NCBI GenBank assembly: GCA_964035545.1 | Contig: OZ037766.1 | Coordinates: 62,001-126,000, forward strand | Direction: 5' to 3' | Length of the DNA: 64,000 bases | Source: Bugula neritina | Taxonomy: Eukaryota > Animalia > Bryozoa | Shown here: one piece after another, positions 37,201-49,900 of the stretch | How positions within the stretch are numbered: the first letter of the stretch is position 1 | How the letters are laid out: each line of letters opens with the position of its first letter | Notes under the pieces: generated by a model | The model's database searches: none | Told to the model about the DNA's origin: nothing | What the model saw: only the letters and a program-made list of their open reading frames with translations | Made by a program: the position numbers and the translations under genes

Positions 37201-39593
37201 TTATTCTCTGTAGTCAATGGTAGCGTGGTGGGTGGAGGCGTGCATCACCTCCTTCAGTACCTGCCAATAGAAACAAGGCAATTAAACTTTCAGAATGAAG
37301 CGTTTATATGTCCAGCTGCTGGACATGAATGAGATGCATGTTTATGTGCCACCTTTCCAAGAGACTGAGAAGCAGTCTAAAGAGACTGAGCAGACAGTCT
37401 ACAGAGACTGAGAAACAGTCTACAAAGACTGAGAAACAGTCTACAGCTCCATACATACAACACTGAGTGGCTCATGCAGGGAGTTTTACCTGCGAGCATG
37501 AAGGACTATAACCTCACCTGCGGCTTACAGTACTCTTCCAGCCAGTTGATAACACAGGCAGACAACTCCGCAAAGTTATTCACTGAAATGGAACTGTTGA
37601 AGGAGAGGAAGAGATTGTCCATGAACTGCTGGAACTACAATAGCAGAGAGAGAGAGAGTAAGTAGAGAGTAAGTATAGAGTAAGTATAGAGTGAGTAGAG
37701 AGTGAGTAGAGAGTAAGTAGAAAATGAGTAGAGAGTAAGTAGAGAGAGTAAGTAGAAAGTAAGTACAGAGTAAGTAGAGAGTAAGTAGAGAGTGAGTAGA
37801 GAGTAAGTAGAGAGTAAGTAGAGAGTAAGTAGAGAGTAAGTAGAGAGTAAGTAAAGAGTAAGTAAAGAGTAAGTAAAGAGTAAATACTCACCACTCTAAA
37901 CTTCAACTCTTCTGGCAGCTCTTCACTACCGGCAGCAGGCATACTCTGATTACTTCTTACAATATGTTCATAGTTTCTATATATAATATATTACAATATG
38001 TTCATAGTTTCTATATATAATATATAACAATATGTTCATAGTTTCTATATATAATATATTACAATATGTTCATAGTTTCTATATATAATATATTACAATA
38101 TGTTCATAGTTTCTATATATAATATATTACAATATGTTCATAGTTTCTATATATATAATATATTACAATATGTTCATAGTTTCTATATATATAATATATT
38201 ACAATATGTTCATAGTTTCTATATATATTACAATATGTTCATAGTTTCTATATATAATATATAACAATATGTTCATAGTTTCTATATATAATATATTACA
38301 ATATGTTCATAGTTTCTATATATATAATATATTACAATATGTTCATAGTTTCTATATATAATATATTACAATATGTTCATAGTTTCTATATATAATATAT
38401 TACAATATGTTCATAGTTTCTATATATAATATATTACAATATGTTCATAGTTTCTATATATAATATATAACAATATGTTCATAGTTTCTATATATAATAT
38501 ATTACAATATAATATAATATATTACAATATAATATAATATATTACAATATAATATAATATACTAACGCCAACATAATCTTCAAGGCCATCACATCTTTTC
38601 TCTTCTTTTCCAGCTCTTCTTCCTGATCTTTCTTGTGTTGAACCAAATACTGGACGTACTCTATGGCTGTAACACATGTTATACTCTATATAATACAACA
38701 TAACACATGTTATACTCTATATAATACAACATAACACATGTTATACTCTATATAATACAACATATCACATGTTATACTCTATATAATACAACATAACACA
38801 TGTTATACTCTATATAATACAACATAACACATGTTATACTCTATATAATACAACATATCACATGTTATACTCTATATAATACAATATAACACATGTTATA
38901 CTCTATATAATATATACAAGTAGAAGTACACACTGCTGACTCACATCTCTGCAGAACGGCAGCCTTGCTGAGTTTGGCTGACCCCGCGCTGTCCATCTGC
39001 TGACACTTGGGCACCACCTCCATCAAACTTTCATATCCTTTCTTAATTGCGTCTCGACGTTTCTGCTCAGCGTGAGTGTGAGCCTCCCGTCTCCGATCTT
39101 TGTAACTCAGGCTATTCTCAGACTCCTCGCCATCTGCATCACATGACCAACACACCGTCACATGACCAACACACCGTCACATGACCAACACACCGTCACA
39201 TGACCAACACACCGTCACATGACCAATACACCGTCACATGACTAATACACCGTCACATGACCAACACACCGTCACATGACCAATACACCGTCACATGACC
39301 AACACACCGTCACATGACTAATACACTGTCACATGACCAACACACCGTCACAAGACCAACACACCAACAACTAACAGCCAACAGCCAACCAAACAGATGT
39401 ACAGTAAACTAATAACGAGCTCTCAGTCTATATAGCCTTAGGTGAATATTGCTGTAGGATGAGGTCAGAGGAAATGCTGGTCATGTGACTTACCAGATAG
39501 TCCTGCACTGTCCAGCTGGTGAGGATGCAGGGCTTCTGGTTTCACATCCTTGGTTGTCGGCTGTACCACTGCTCGGCCAGTGTTGGTGTTCAT
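37201..39593 (-). CDS. MLX: Max-like protein X (bHLH-ZIP), ~216 aa
   Basis: Exons 39593-39494, 39133-38945, 38666-38567, 37976-37892, 37634-37518, 37260-37201. SYKDRRREAHTHAEQKRRDAIKKGY...KLSKAAVLQ...ALKIMLANYEHIV...KFRVFQQFMDNLF...ELSACVINWLEEYCKPQ matches MLX/Bigmax. The start codon is tentative. Confidence 0.92.
37960..38510 (-). repeat. 34-bp minisatellite duplicating the Mlx exon-4 acceptor (TATATAG|AAACTATGAACATATTGTAA)
   Basis: About 16 units, each with AG plus the first ~20 coding nt. Confidence 0.95.
39140..39362. repeat. 19-bp minisatellite carrying GTCACATGAC (E-box/M-box) in Mlx intron 1
   Basis: About 12 units of CACACCGTCACATGACCAA. Confidence 0.92.
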
Positions 39594-40201
39594 TACAGCT
39601 CTGTGAGCTCTAATATAGCAAACAGCATGTCAATAACTACATTTACATCGGATCAACTGAACATCATCATTATTTTGTCAGTCTAACCGTTTTTGGTGAA
39701 AAACTAACAGTAACTCCTGTTTCAATTTTAGTTATTGTTGCAATCATGGCTAAAAGTCAAAGTAAAGACAAACAAGTAAAAAATTAGCTATAGATAATAC
39801 TGACAGTTCCTACAACCACGATCATAATTGTAGTTTACAAATTTAAAGAGTGAAAGACTCAGAGTGACTCAGGTTTGACCATTTCTAATATTAAGGAATA
39901 ATCCATCAACATAACCATTCACTTTGAGCCAGACCCAACGAGCAATGACTATCACTATGAGTATGAGTTGAAGTTAATCAGTAAAGTGTATAGGTAGATG
40001 CAAATGTCTATGACACTTTGAATGTGATTGTTTAACTATTGTTGTTATCTTTAACTGTAAAGCATTATTATCATTATCTCTTCAACATTAATCTTCATTA
40101 TGATTATGTTTCAAGTATATGCTATAGCTTGATTATCATACCTAAAGCTTATGTGACTGTGTATAGTAATACTTATACTGATACTAATAGTAATAGTTAT
40201 A

Positions 40202-41117
40202 CGAGGGTCAGTCAATAAGTAGTGGGAATTTTGTTATAACTTTTTATTAGAATAAGATAGAGCTTTACAACTTTTTTCACTTTTTAACATAGTCCCCTTC
40301 TTTATCTATGCACTTGTTCCACCTTCCTACAAGATTCTCAATTCCTGCAAAATAGAATTCCGGCGGCTGAGTTCTGAACCAGTTGCGCACAGCTTCGATG
40401 ACCGCTGCATCAGTAGTGAAGTGCTTGCCTCTCATGTGGCTCTTTTATGGTTCAAAAAGATGGAAATCACTTGATGCCAAATCTGGACTATAAGGAGGGT
40501 GTCCTAACACCTCCCAACCCAGTTCATCAATTTTTCTGAGTTTTCTCATGCACTCTCTGGCAGCCATAAGATGCTGCGCTTTGTGCACATCAGTCAGCAT
40601 CATGGCTACCCAGCGTGCGCTGACTTTGTGGGCAGTTCCATGTGAAATGCCCATGGTCTCAGCAACATCATCAATAGTGAGTTTTCTATCAGATTTAACC
40701 AGCTTTTCCACTTTAGCTACTGTGTCAAGAGCTAAAACATCCACTGGCCTACCACTTCTTGGCTCATTAGTAATGTCTTCTAGCCCATTCTTGAATTCAT
40801 CAACCTACCTATAGCAGCTTGTTTGTGATATAGAGTTTTCCCCATATTGTTCTTTCATTCTACTGTGTATAAGACTTGCTCTGACACCCTCAGCTGTCAA
40901 AAATCTTATAACAGCTCTTTGTTCTATGAGTGCGCATTTTTTCAGCTTGGCGGCCATTTTGAATTTAAATAATATGAAAAGTTGAATCACTTAAATGATC
41001 AAATTTTGGATATCTGATGGGAACTCCCATTTATAGAAGTCTTGAAAATATTAAATCGCTAGGTAAAATAGAACGACAAATATGACAAAATTCCCACTAC
41101 TTATTCACTGACCCTCG
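40202..41117 (-). mobile_element. Mariner (Tc1/mariner, probably irritans-like) element, internally deleted, 916 bp
   Basis: TA TSDs at 40200-40201 and 41118-41119; ~33-bp TIR CGAGGGTCAGTCAATAAGTAGTGGGAATTTTGT. Broken transposase: EQRAVIRFL HTH, VSARWV, LGWEVLGHPPYSPDLASSDFHLF; the segment with the first two catalytic Asp is deleted. Confidence 0.92.
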
Positions 41118-42325
41118 TAGTAATGTCACAAATGCTATAACACAATAGACGGCAATGAAAGGGTGCAGGTTGTTTCGTATACATCAATATAAATCAACTA
41201 AATTACATATTTTTATATTTATTTATTATTTAATGTATGAGTCATATTTACTATTAGAGTATTAGTACACACATACATTAATAGATTAAATGCAATATAA
41301 AAACATTGATCAAAATAAAGCCAAAAAATTGTAGCGTGTTCAATAATCATATAAAAAAAATTAAACTCTTTTAATTTTATCATAATAGATAATCATAATA
41401 GATTAATACAAAACATTGATCAATAGGTGACACAGATATGGGAGGTGTGAAAGACCTTGCTGGGGTGCAATAAATAAGTAGACTAATCTCATTTAAACGG
41501 TTATCCAGTGGATTAACTTGTTATTCATTTTGTGTGCAAAATGGATGGCAGTTTGTGTACGAAATGAATATTTTATAAGAAACGACTGTACGAAGCGACT
41601 TGTGTACTCTAACATATACTTTAACAGCCACGCCTTCATAACACTTCTCTGTGAAGGTCTCCTCTTCCCTCTCGAGGGTCTAGAGACTCAACACAGATAC
41701 AGAAATGACAGTAACCCCAATGCCAATAGTAATACTAATAATTTACATAATTACAATTCAAGTTTATATTGCATTACATTATTATTATAAAATTCAGTTT
41801 AAACAAATTTGAAATAGTGTCAGTATCAGTATCACTTATCTGAGTTATCAGTTATCAGTATGAGTGTCACTATCAGTATGAGCATGAGAGTTAGTCATAC
41901 TCCTACTCTTGTTCTTGGTCTTCAAGTTAAAGTAAATAAGTTAATCTTATAGTTATACTTATAGTTATAGTTAAACTTATTCTTGATCATAATCGATAAT
42001 GATAATCATAACTATTTAATAATTATTATATTAATATTATTATTAATGTTATAATTATTATAATTATATTTTATATATTTATTATATTGAATTTGATAAT
42101 ATTAATTGATTATGATATTCAAGTTATACTACTACTAGCTGTACTATTAACTTCAAGGTTACCATAAATGATAATCACTCTGAATACAATTAAAACTTAA
42201 ACTGCTGTAGATCCCAACAAAGTTTTAGGTAATACTATTGATATTATTATTGTTATATAAATATAATCATATAATTTTATATTGTAACAAAATGACCTTG
42301 TCGTCAAATCGAAGGTCGCAAATTG

Positions 42326-42466
42326 TTCTATAAGCAGCTCCGAGCTGGGGGGGTGAAGAACGATTTTAGTTTGGAAGTCTGAAGTTTAGACTTGGGGGCC
42401 AACTCTAAACTTGGACCCTCTAGCCTAAATTCGTCCATCAACCCCAACCTGGAGCTGCTTATAGAA
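42326..42466. mobile_element. Short fold-back palindromic element (MITE-like)
   Basis: TTCTATAAGCAGCTCC ... GGAGCTGCTTATAGAA with imperfect complementarity through the whole ~140 bp; no clear TSD. Confidence 0.55.
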
Positions 42467-43144
42467 GGTCACAGCCTAATACTGAATAGTTTGTGCGGGT
42501 GCCTGCCAAAATATCCCGATGTGACGACGGATTACCCGCTAACAGGTATTTTGAGAAGACAACCCTTATATCCTTATATAATTTGTTGCTAAGTTTTTGG
42601 TCGTGGTGTGTAGACATTACCACGAGAAGCATTAATTAAAATGTTTAACATTACTGATGAGATGCGTGGACAAGAGTGATTTGAGCTGAGGGTGTACTCA
42701 ATAATGGTGGATAAAACATGCAAATAAAAACTTTGATTTGATATGCCATTTAGAGCAAGTTTTCTAATGTTTATTAGAAGCCTTCACGAGAATGCATTAA
42801 TTGCAGTTGTGCAAAAATAATAATATGGGCAACTAAAGGATTAGAAAAACTATATAATCAAAATACTAAGAGTGACATAACAACAGTGTACCTTTGAAAG
42901 GTGTGGAGCTTGGATACAATTTCAGAAAAAACTGCAAACTATTTATATTTAGTTTCTTGTAACAGAGATCTGTTTCTATTTATAGACAATCCACTAAATT
43001 TAGTTGAATTATTTCACCAAGTTTAGGAACTTGGAAACGAAAGAGAAGAAAACCTTCACATACACAGTAGAATATAAAACGTTGCCATGACAGCAAGATT
43101 ATTCTAAGTATACGAGTTTATTGCAAATTAGAGTAGTAGAGTTG

Positions 43145-45722
43145 TTACTGCCTCGGTTCACCGTGCTTCTTGCAATACTCCTCCGCATTCTTCATGTATT
43201 TCTTCTTATCACGTCGGAATTCCTCAGCAATTTCTGCTCTCAGTGCGTGATCTGGTTCCGGTTCATTGATCAGAGCTATTAGGGCGGCCACCACTGAGAT
43301 AAATATCATATATTACCCATATAGTATCATATATTACTCATATAGCATCATATATTACTCATATAGTATCATATATTACTCATATAGTATCATATATCAC
43401 TCATATAGTATCATATATTACTCATATAGTATCATATACTACTCATATAGTATCATATATTACTCATATAGTATCATATACTACTCATATAGTATCATAT
43501 ATTACTCATATAGTATCATATATTACTCATATAGTATCATATATTACTCACATAGTATCATATATTAATCATATAGTATCATATATTACTCATATAGTAT
43601 CATGTATTACTCATATCATATACTACTCATATAGTATCATATATTACTCATATAGTATCATATATTACTCATAAGTATCATATATTACTCATATTATACA
43701 TCACTCATATTATATCCCACCTTGCTCCACCTTTGTGGCGGGTTTCCAGTGATCAGGCAGGGTAATGGGGAGACACACCTGGCCGTGCTCGTCTATGTTA
43801 GGGTGGTATATCTTGGTCTTGAACGTGACCTTGGGAGGTTTGAACGGGTACTCGGCAGGGAAGTCTAGTTGTACTCTGAAAGCAGCTTTATTGTAGGGGG
43901 CAGAGTCCTGTAAAGTATTGCAGTATTGAACATAAGCTACCTGTACAGGTAAATATAATATACAAGCAACATGTGCAGGTAAATATAATATACAAGATAC
44001 CTGTACAGGTAAATATAATATCCAAGATACCTGTACAGGTAAATATAATACACAAGCAACCTGTACAGGTGAATATAATGTTAGTATTACATGTATAACA
44101 ATACTCACTGGATACAAGCTACCTGTCCAGGTAAATATATTCGTATCATCAACTACAACATTCCGTAGCAAAGCTGGTTCACTATTTCGCATGTCATTTA
44201 ACTCCTGAAAGAAAAAACAAGCTATTTTTGCAGAGAAAATTATAAAGGTTGGTAAAGGTCGTCTTAAATATAACAAATCAATGCAAATATAAATCATTAT
44301 CCAATAAATACAGAAACGAATAAGATCTAACTCAAACATATTTCACATGCTACCCTGCCAGATACACTTCAGGGTGAATAAAGTTCTACACATGACATAA
44401 AAACAAGGTGGCTTTCAAACTAATTGTTACACAATATTAGCAAACAATGGACAAAAAGTAATAGCTGCAGGCCTGCATGATAGTTATATCTATGAAATTA
44501 TATTTTCATAAATTTATTTTTCAGTTAATGAAGATTTGAAAGTACACTAATGAAGAGGCAGTGCTTTCTGTGATGAGACTTAGCTATACCACTATGATTA
44601 TGATTTCAACCTGGTTAAAATTAAACCAAGTCTATTAATTAAACTAAGTTACTATTAGCTTCAGTACCCAAAACTGGAAGTGATTGCCATTGCAATCAGC
44701 AACGCTATACCACAGTTTGGGTACTGAAGCTATACCACAGTTTGGGTACTGAAGCTATACCACAGTTTGGGTACTGAAGCTATACCACAGTTTGGGTACT
44801 GAAGCTATACCACAGTTTGGGTACTGAAGCTATATTCTATCTACAAGTGAAGTCGGACCAAATCAATTTCCATAAGTGATAAGATTATCCTTGGCATTAC
44901 TATTCTTTTTGAGTTGGTGAGTTAGCGTCATATATAAAACTAATCTGTAGGTGTAAAAGTAATATAAATATTACTAGGTCTACTGTTTCATTAAAATTCA
45001 TATAATACAACATCATAAGTTGAATTTCTGTTATAACGTTATAGTAAATTTACTGACTTATTTTTACTATCTGCAATTAACTATTAGGAACTACCAATTT
45101 GAATTTTCAATTTAAACCCTTATAATATTAATTTCTTCACCTTGCACCATTAGTCATCACTTAATAATAAATAGGATGAAGATCAGGATAAACAAGAAAT
45201 AATAATTTAAAATATTGAAAGTCAAACTTACTAAATCTAATCACTAACAGAAACAATTAGAATTACTATTACTGTTAGTATTAGTATTAGTGAGTAACTA
45301 AATCAGTAAAACTAAATGTAATGACTAAAACTAATGACTATGAGTAGGCCTAATGAGTAACACTAACTTCTAGTCACTAACCCTGCAGTCAGAACTGTAA
45401 GTGTAAAACGTAAAACTAAGAGTAAGTTGTTAGTATGACTACAAGATTAAGTGTAGTCACTAGTAGCAGTGCCTGCTAAGTAACTGTGAGTCACGCTAAG
45501 ACCAAGACTAAGAGTAAGAGTAAGAGTAAGAGTAAGACCAAGTTCCAAGGGTAAGTGCCAGTGGCAAACGCCACTAAGAAAATCTCAATTTTATCCCAAA
45601 TAGAAAACGCTATATAATGAAAAACATAATAGAAAACACAATTAAACACATTTTCGTTGATAGGGTATTTTAGACTTGTTGAAAATTTAACTTACCTTTC
45701 CTAATCTTTTAGTTGCGGCCAT
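43145..45722 (-). CDS. UBE2L3: Ubiquitin-conjugating enzyme E2 L3 (UbcH7), 152 aa
   Basis: Exons 45722-45696, 44204-44109, 43907-43721, 43293-43145. [11 protein letters not shown]...[32 protein letters not shown]...WKPATK...[10 protein letters not shown], with the catalytic Cys retained. Confidence 0.94.
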
Positions 45723-45757
45723 AGTTTTATTTTGTGAGTTCGACAAATAGTTTCTGA

Positions 45758-45766
45758 TCACGTGAC
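45758..45766. promoter_or_regulatory. TCACGTGAC E-box (USF/TFE CLEAR-like) immediately upstream of UBE2L3
   Basis: Located 36 nt upstream of the ATG in a locally CpG-containing segment. Confidence 0.35.
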
Positions 45767-46994
45767 GGATCGATTGTGCGCCAGTTCTCAATATAGAAAG
45801 ATCTTGTTGAAGAAGGAGGTAAATAGCGTCTCGATATCTTTACCTGAACTTTGATACGTAAAAAGAACCTCTGCTAGTTAGCAGTTTCGCTTTCATTTCT
45901 TATTGAGCAGGAAAGAAATCTATGAATAACGATTCGATAGTAGACAAACTAAATATCCAGGAAATATTAAGTGTTGGTTGGTAAAATTTCATTTTTTGTA
46001 CGCAGTCAGAAAAAATCGGTAATATGCTGATGCTAGGCAAATCTGCTTTTGTCCGCTTATCATTAACGATGGTTTGATCAAAATGATGGTTACAGCTGCA
46101 TTATTGAATTCAGTGGTAGTGTTCCTTTTATACCTTGGCCAATACATTAATTTCCTAAATTTCTACTTTGTCTACTCAAAAATTGTTATTCACAGTTGTT
46201 TTCCTGTTATTTACTGTAAGTACAGTAATAGTGCACATACTGAAGTATTACTGAATACTTGCATATTGCAAGGTAAACCTCAATAACTGTGGGTAACATG
46301 CATTTACATTTGGTCTAAATTGATGTGAAGTCTTCAGTAGCACATGCAGAGTTCTACAAGTGAAGACTAAAGATATAAAGTTTATATACATACAGATTGT
46401 ATTTGTCCACCCATGGCAATGAGAATAATAAAACAAACATTACACCAGCATATGAGAATCTTATTAAAATAGAAACTAATGAAGAATATAATATATCTAC
46501 AGGCATTTATACGCAAACCCAAATGATATATTACAAATATGATTCCACTTTACACAACTCCAATATATATGATGGCCTTGTAGAATAGCTCTGTAAACAT
46601 CAGTGGTAAAATATAGAAACATAATACGTATATTAGCTAGCAGTGGTCAAAACGGCCACATCACATGCTTCTTTAAAAAATGAAAAAGTTAAAAAGTTGA
46701 GACGATAAAGCGTTGCTGAGAGGACCGACTGCTAACCAGCCCGTAGAACTGAGACTAAACTCAAACTGCTAGAATACAAATGCCTAGGTTGGTGCTATCT
46801 GTAGTGATTGTGAGAAATAAATATGGCCATCATAGTGCTGCGTGTAACACCAGCTAGCTGTAGCAAGGTAGGCTGTAGCAAGGTGGGCTGTAGCAAGGTG
46901 GGCTGTAGCAAGGTGGGCTGTAGCAAGGTGGGCTGTAGCAAGGTGGGATAGAGTGTAGGCTATATATCACAAGTAGCGGCTAAGGAAAGAGGTA

Positions 46995-49900
46995 TCAGTA
47001 TTCATCATCCGCCCCATTAGCATCTTCATCAGGAACTGAGAAACCCTCCTAAATAAATAGAAGACAACTCCATGTTATAAACACAGTATACTGTGTAGTA
47101 TATAGAGGTAGTGTACAGTACATACTGTAACTTACCTCTGTAGCGTACAGTATGTCGAGGATACTCTGTAACTTACCTCTGTAGCGTACAATACATACTC
47201 TGTAACTTACCTCTGTAGCGTACAGTACATACTCTGTAACTTACCTCTGTAGCGTACAGTACATACTGTAACTTACCTCTGTAGCGTACAGTACATACTC
47301 TGTAACTTACCTCTGTAGAGTACAGTACATACTGTAACTTACCTCTGTAGCGTACAATACATACTCTGTAACTTACCTCTGTAGAGTACAGTACATACTG
47401 TAACTTACCTCTGTAGAGTACAGTACATACTGTAACTTACCTCTGTAGAGTACAGTACATACTCTGTAACTTACCTCTGTAGCGTACAGTATGTCGAGGA
47501 TACTCTGTAACTTACCTCTGTAGAGTAGAGTACATACTGTAACTTACCTCTGTAGCGTACAGTACATACTGTAACTTATCTCTGTAGAGTACAGTACATA
47601 CTGTAACTTACCTCTGTAGCGTACAGTACATACTGTAACTTATCTCTGTAGCGTACAGTACATACTGTAACTTACCTCTGTAGCGTACAGTACATACTGT
47701 AACTTACCTCTGTAGCGTACAGTACATACTGTAACTTACCTCTGTAGCGTACAGTATGTCGAGGATACTCTGTAACTTACCTCTGTAGCGTACAGTATGT
47801 CGAGGATACTCTGTAACTTACCTCTGTAGCGTACAATATGTCGAGGATACTCTGTAAGACGGGATTATTTTGTTCCTCTGACTCCTGACACAAGACTTCA
47901 ATGTCCCTCAACTTTCCAAAGTAAAAGTCTCTCTCCCTTTCTAGTCCCTCCACTGTACCTCTCATCTCTTGTAACTATGGTAACCAAACAACAACACTGC
48001 ACTCTCATCTCTTGTAACTATGGTAACCAAACAACAACACTGTACTCTCATCTCTTGTAACTATGGTAACCAAACAACAACACTGCACTCGCATTTCACT
48101 TGTAACTATGGTAACCAAACAACAACACTGCACTCGCATTTCACCTGTAACTATGGTAACCAAACAACAACACTGCACTCTCATCTCACCTGTAACTCCA
48201 TCTCAGCGACTCGCTCATCAGACTTGGGGGAGGCCGCAGGGGGAACTCTCCTTGTAGTGGTGGCAGGGAGGGTGGACTTGGGTGGGGGTCGACCTGAACA
48301 TGGGTAGAGTACAGAGTAAATATCTTACAGAGTAAGTATTACATAATAAATACATCAGAGAGTAAGTAGTAAGTGCAAGTAGTAAGTACAAGTAGTAAGT
48401 ACAAGTAGTAAGTACAAGTAGTAAGTACAAGTAGTAAGTACAAGTAGTAAGTACAAGTAGTAAGTACAAGTAGTAAGTACAAGTAGTAAGTACAAGTAGT
48501 AAGTACAAGCAGTAAGTACAAGCAGTAAGTACAAGCAGTAAGTACAAGTAGTAAGTACAAGTAGTAAGTAGTAAGTACAAGTAGTAAGTACAAGTAGTAA
48601 ATACAAGTAGTAAGTAGTAAGTACAAGTAGTAAGTACAAGTAGTAAGTACAAGTAGTAAGTACAAGTAGTAAGTACAAGCAGTAAGTACAAGTAGTAAAT
48701 ACAAGTAGTAAGTAGTAAGTACAAGTAGTAAGTACAAGCAGTAAGTACAAGTATTGAGTATAAATAGTAAGCTATGGTGAGACTAACTGGCAGGGGATTT
48801 AGTCACTCTGTTGGGTGTTCTTACGGCAGCACCTCTGGCAGCAGCACCTCCCCCTTTCATGTCTCCCAGGTGAACGCCGCCCCTCTCAGCCAACGCGTCA
48901 TATTCCTGGCCACCGTAGTTGGCGTCAAAAAACTTTTTAAACCACTGCACAAACTCAAAGTTGTCTTGGAACTTCCCCTTGACGAGTTTATCAACTGACA
49001 CTACCTACAGAGACATTTATATGAGTATACTAACTACTAACTATATACTCTGAATAGTATACTAACTACTAACTATATACTCTGAATAGTATACTAACTA
49101 CTAACTATATACTCTGAATAGTATACTAACTACTAACTATATACTCTGAATAGTATACTAACTACTAACTATATACTCTGAATAGTATACTAACTACTAA
49201 CTATATACTCTGAATAGTATACTAACTACTAACTATATACTCTGAATAGTATACTAACTACTAACTATATACTCTGAATAATATACTAACTACTAACTAT
49301 ATACTCTGAATAGTATACTAACTACTAACTATATACTCTGAATAGTATACTAACTACTAACTATATACTCTGAATAGTATACTAACTACTAACTATATAC
49401 TCTGAATAGTATACTAACTACTAACTATATACTCTGAATAGTATACTAACTACTAACTATATACTCTGAATAGTATACTAACTACTAACTATACACTCTG
49501 AATAGTATACTAACTACTAACTATATACTCTGAATAGTATACTAACTATATACTCTGAATAGTATACTAACTACTAACTATATACTCTGAATAGTATACT
49601 AACTACTAACTATATACTCTGAATAGTATACTAACTACTAACTATATACTCTGAATCACACAGTATACTAACTACTAACTATATACTCTGAATAGTATAC
49701 TAACTACTAACTATATACTCTGAATAGTATACTAACTACTAACTATATACTCTGAATAGTATACTAACTAATAACTATATACTCTGAATCACACAGCATA
49801 CCTTATCGACTTGCATCTTTTTAAAAGATTCTTGCAACACTTTAAAGTTATTGATATATTCATGCTCTAACTTGGTTTGAAACTTGACTTTTTTTAATAG

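Noticed and set aside
41626-41686. Candidate upstream coding exon of Mlx
   Set aside because: Its open frame does not match the phase of the next exon; it may be 5'UTR, which cannot be determined here.
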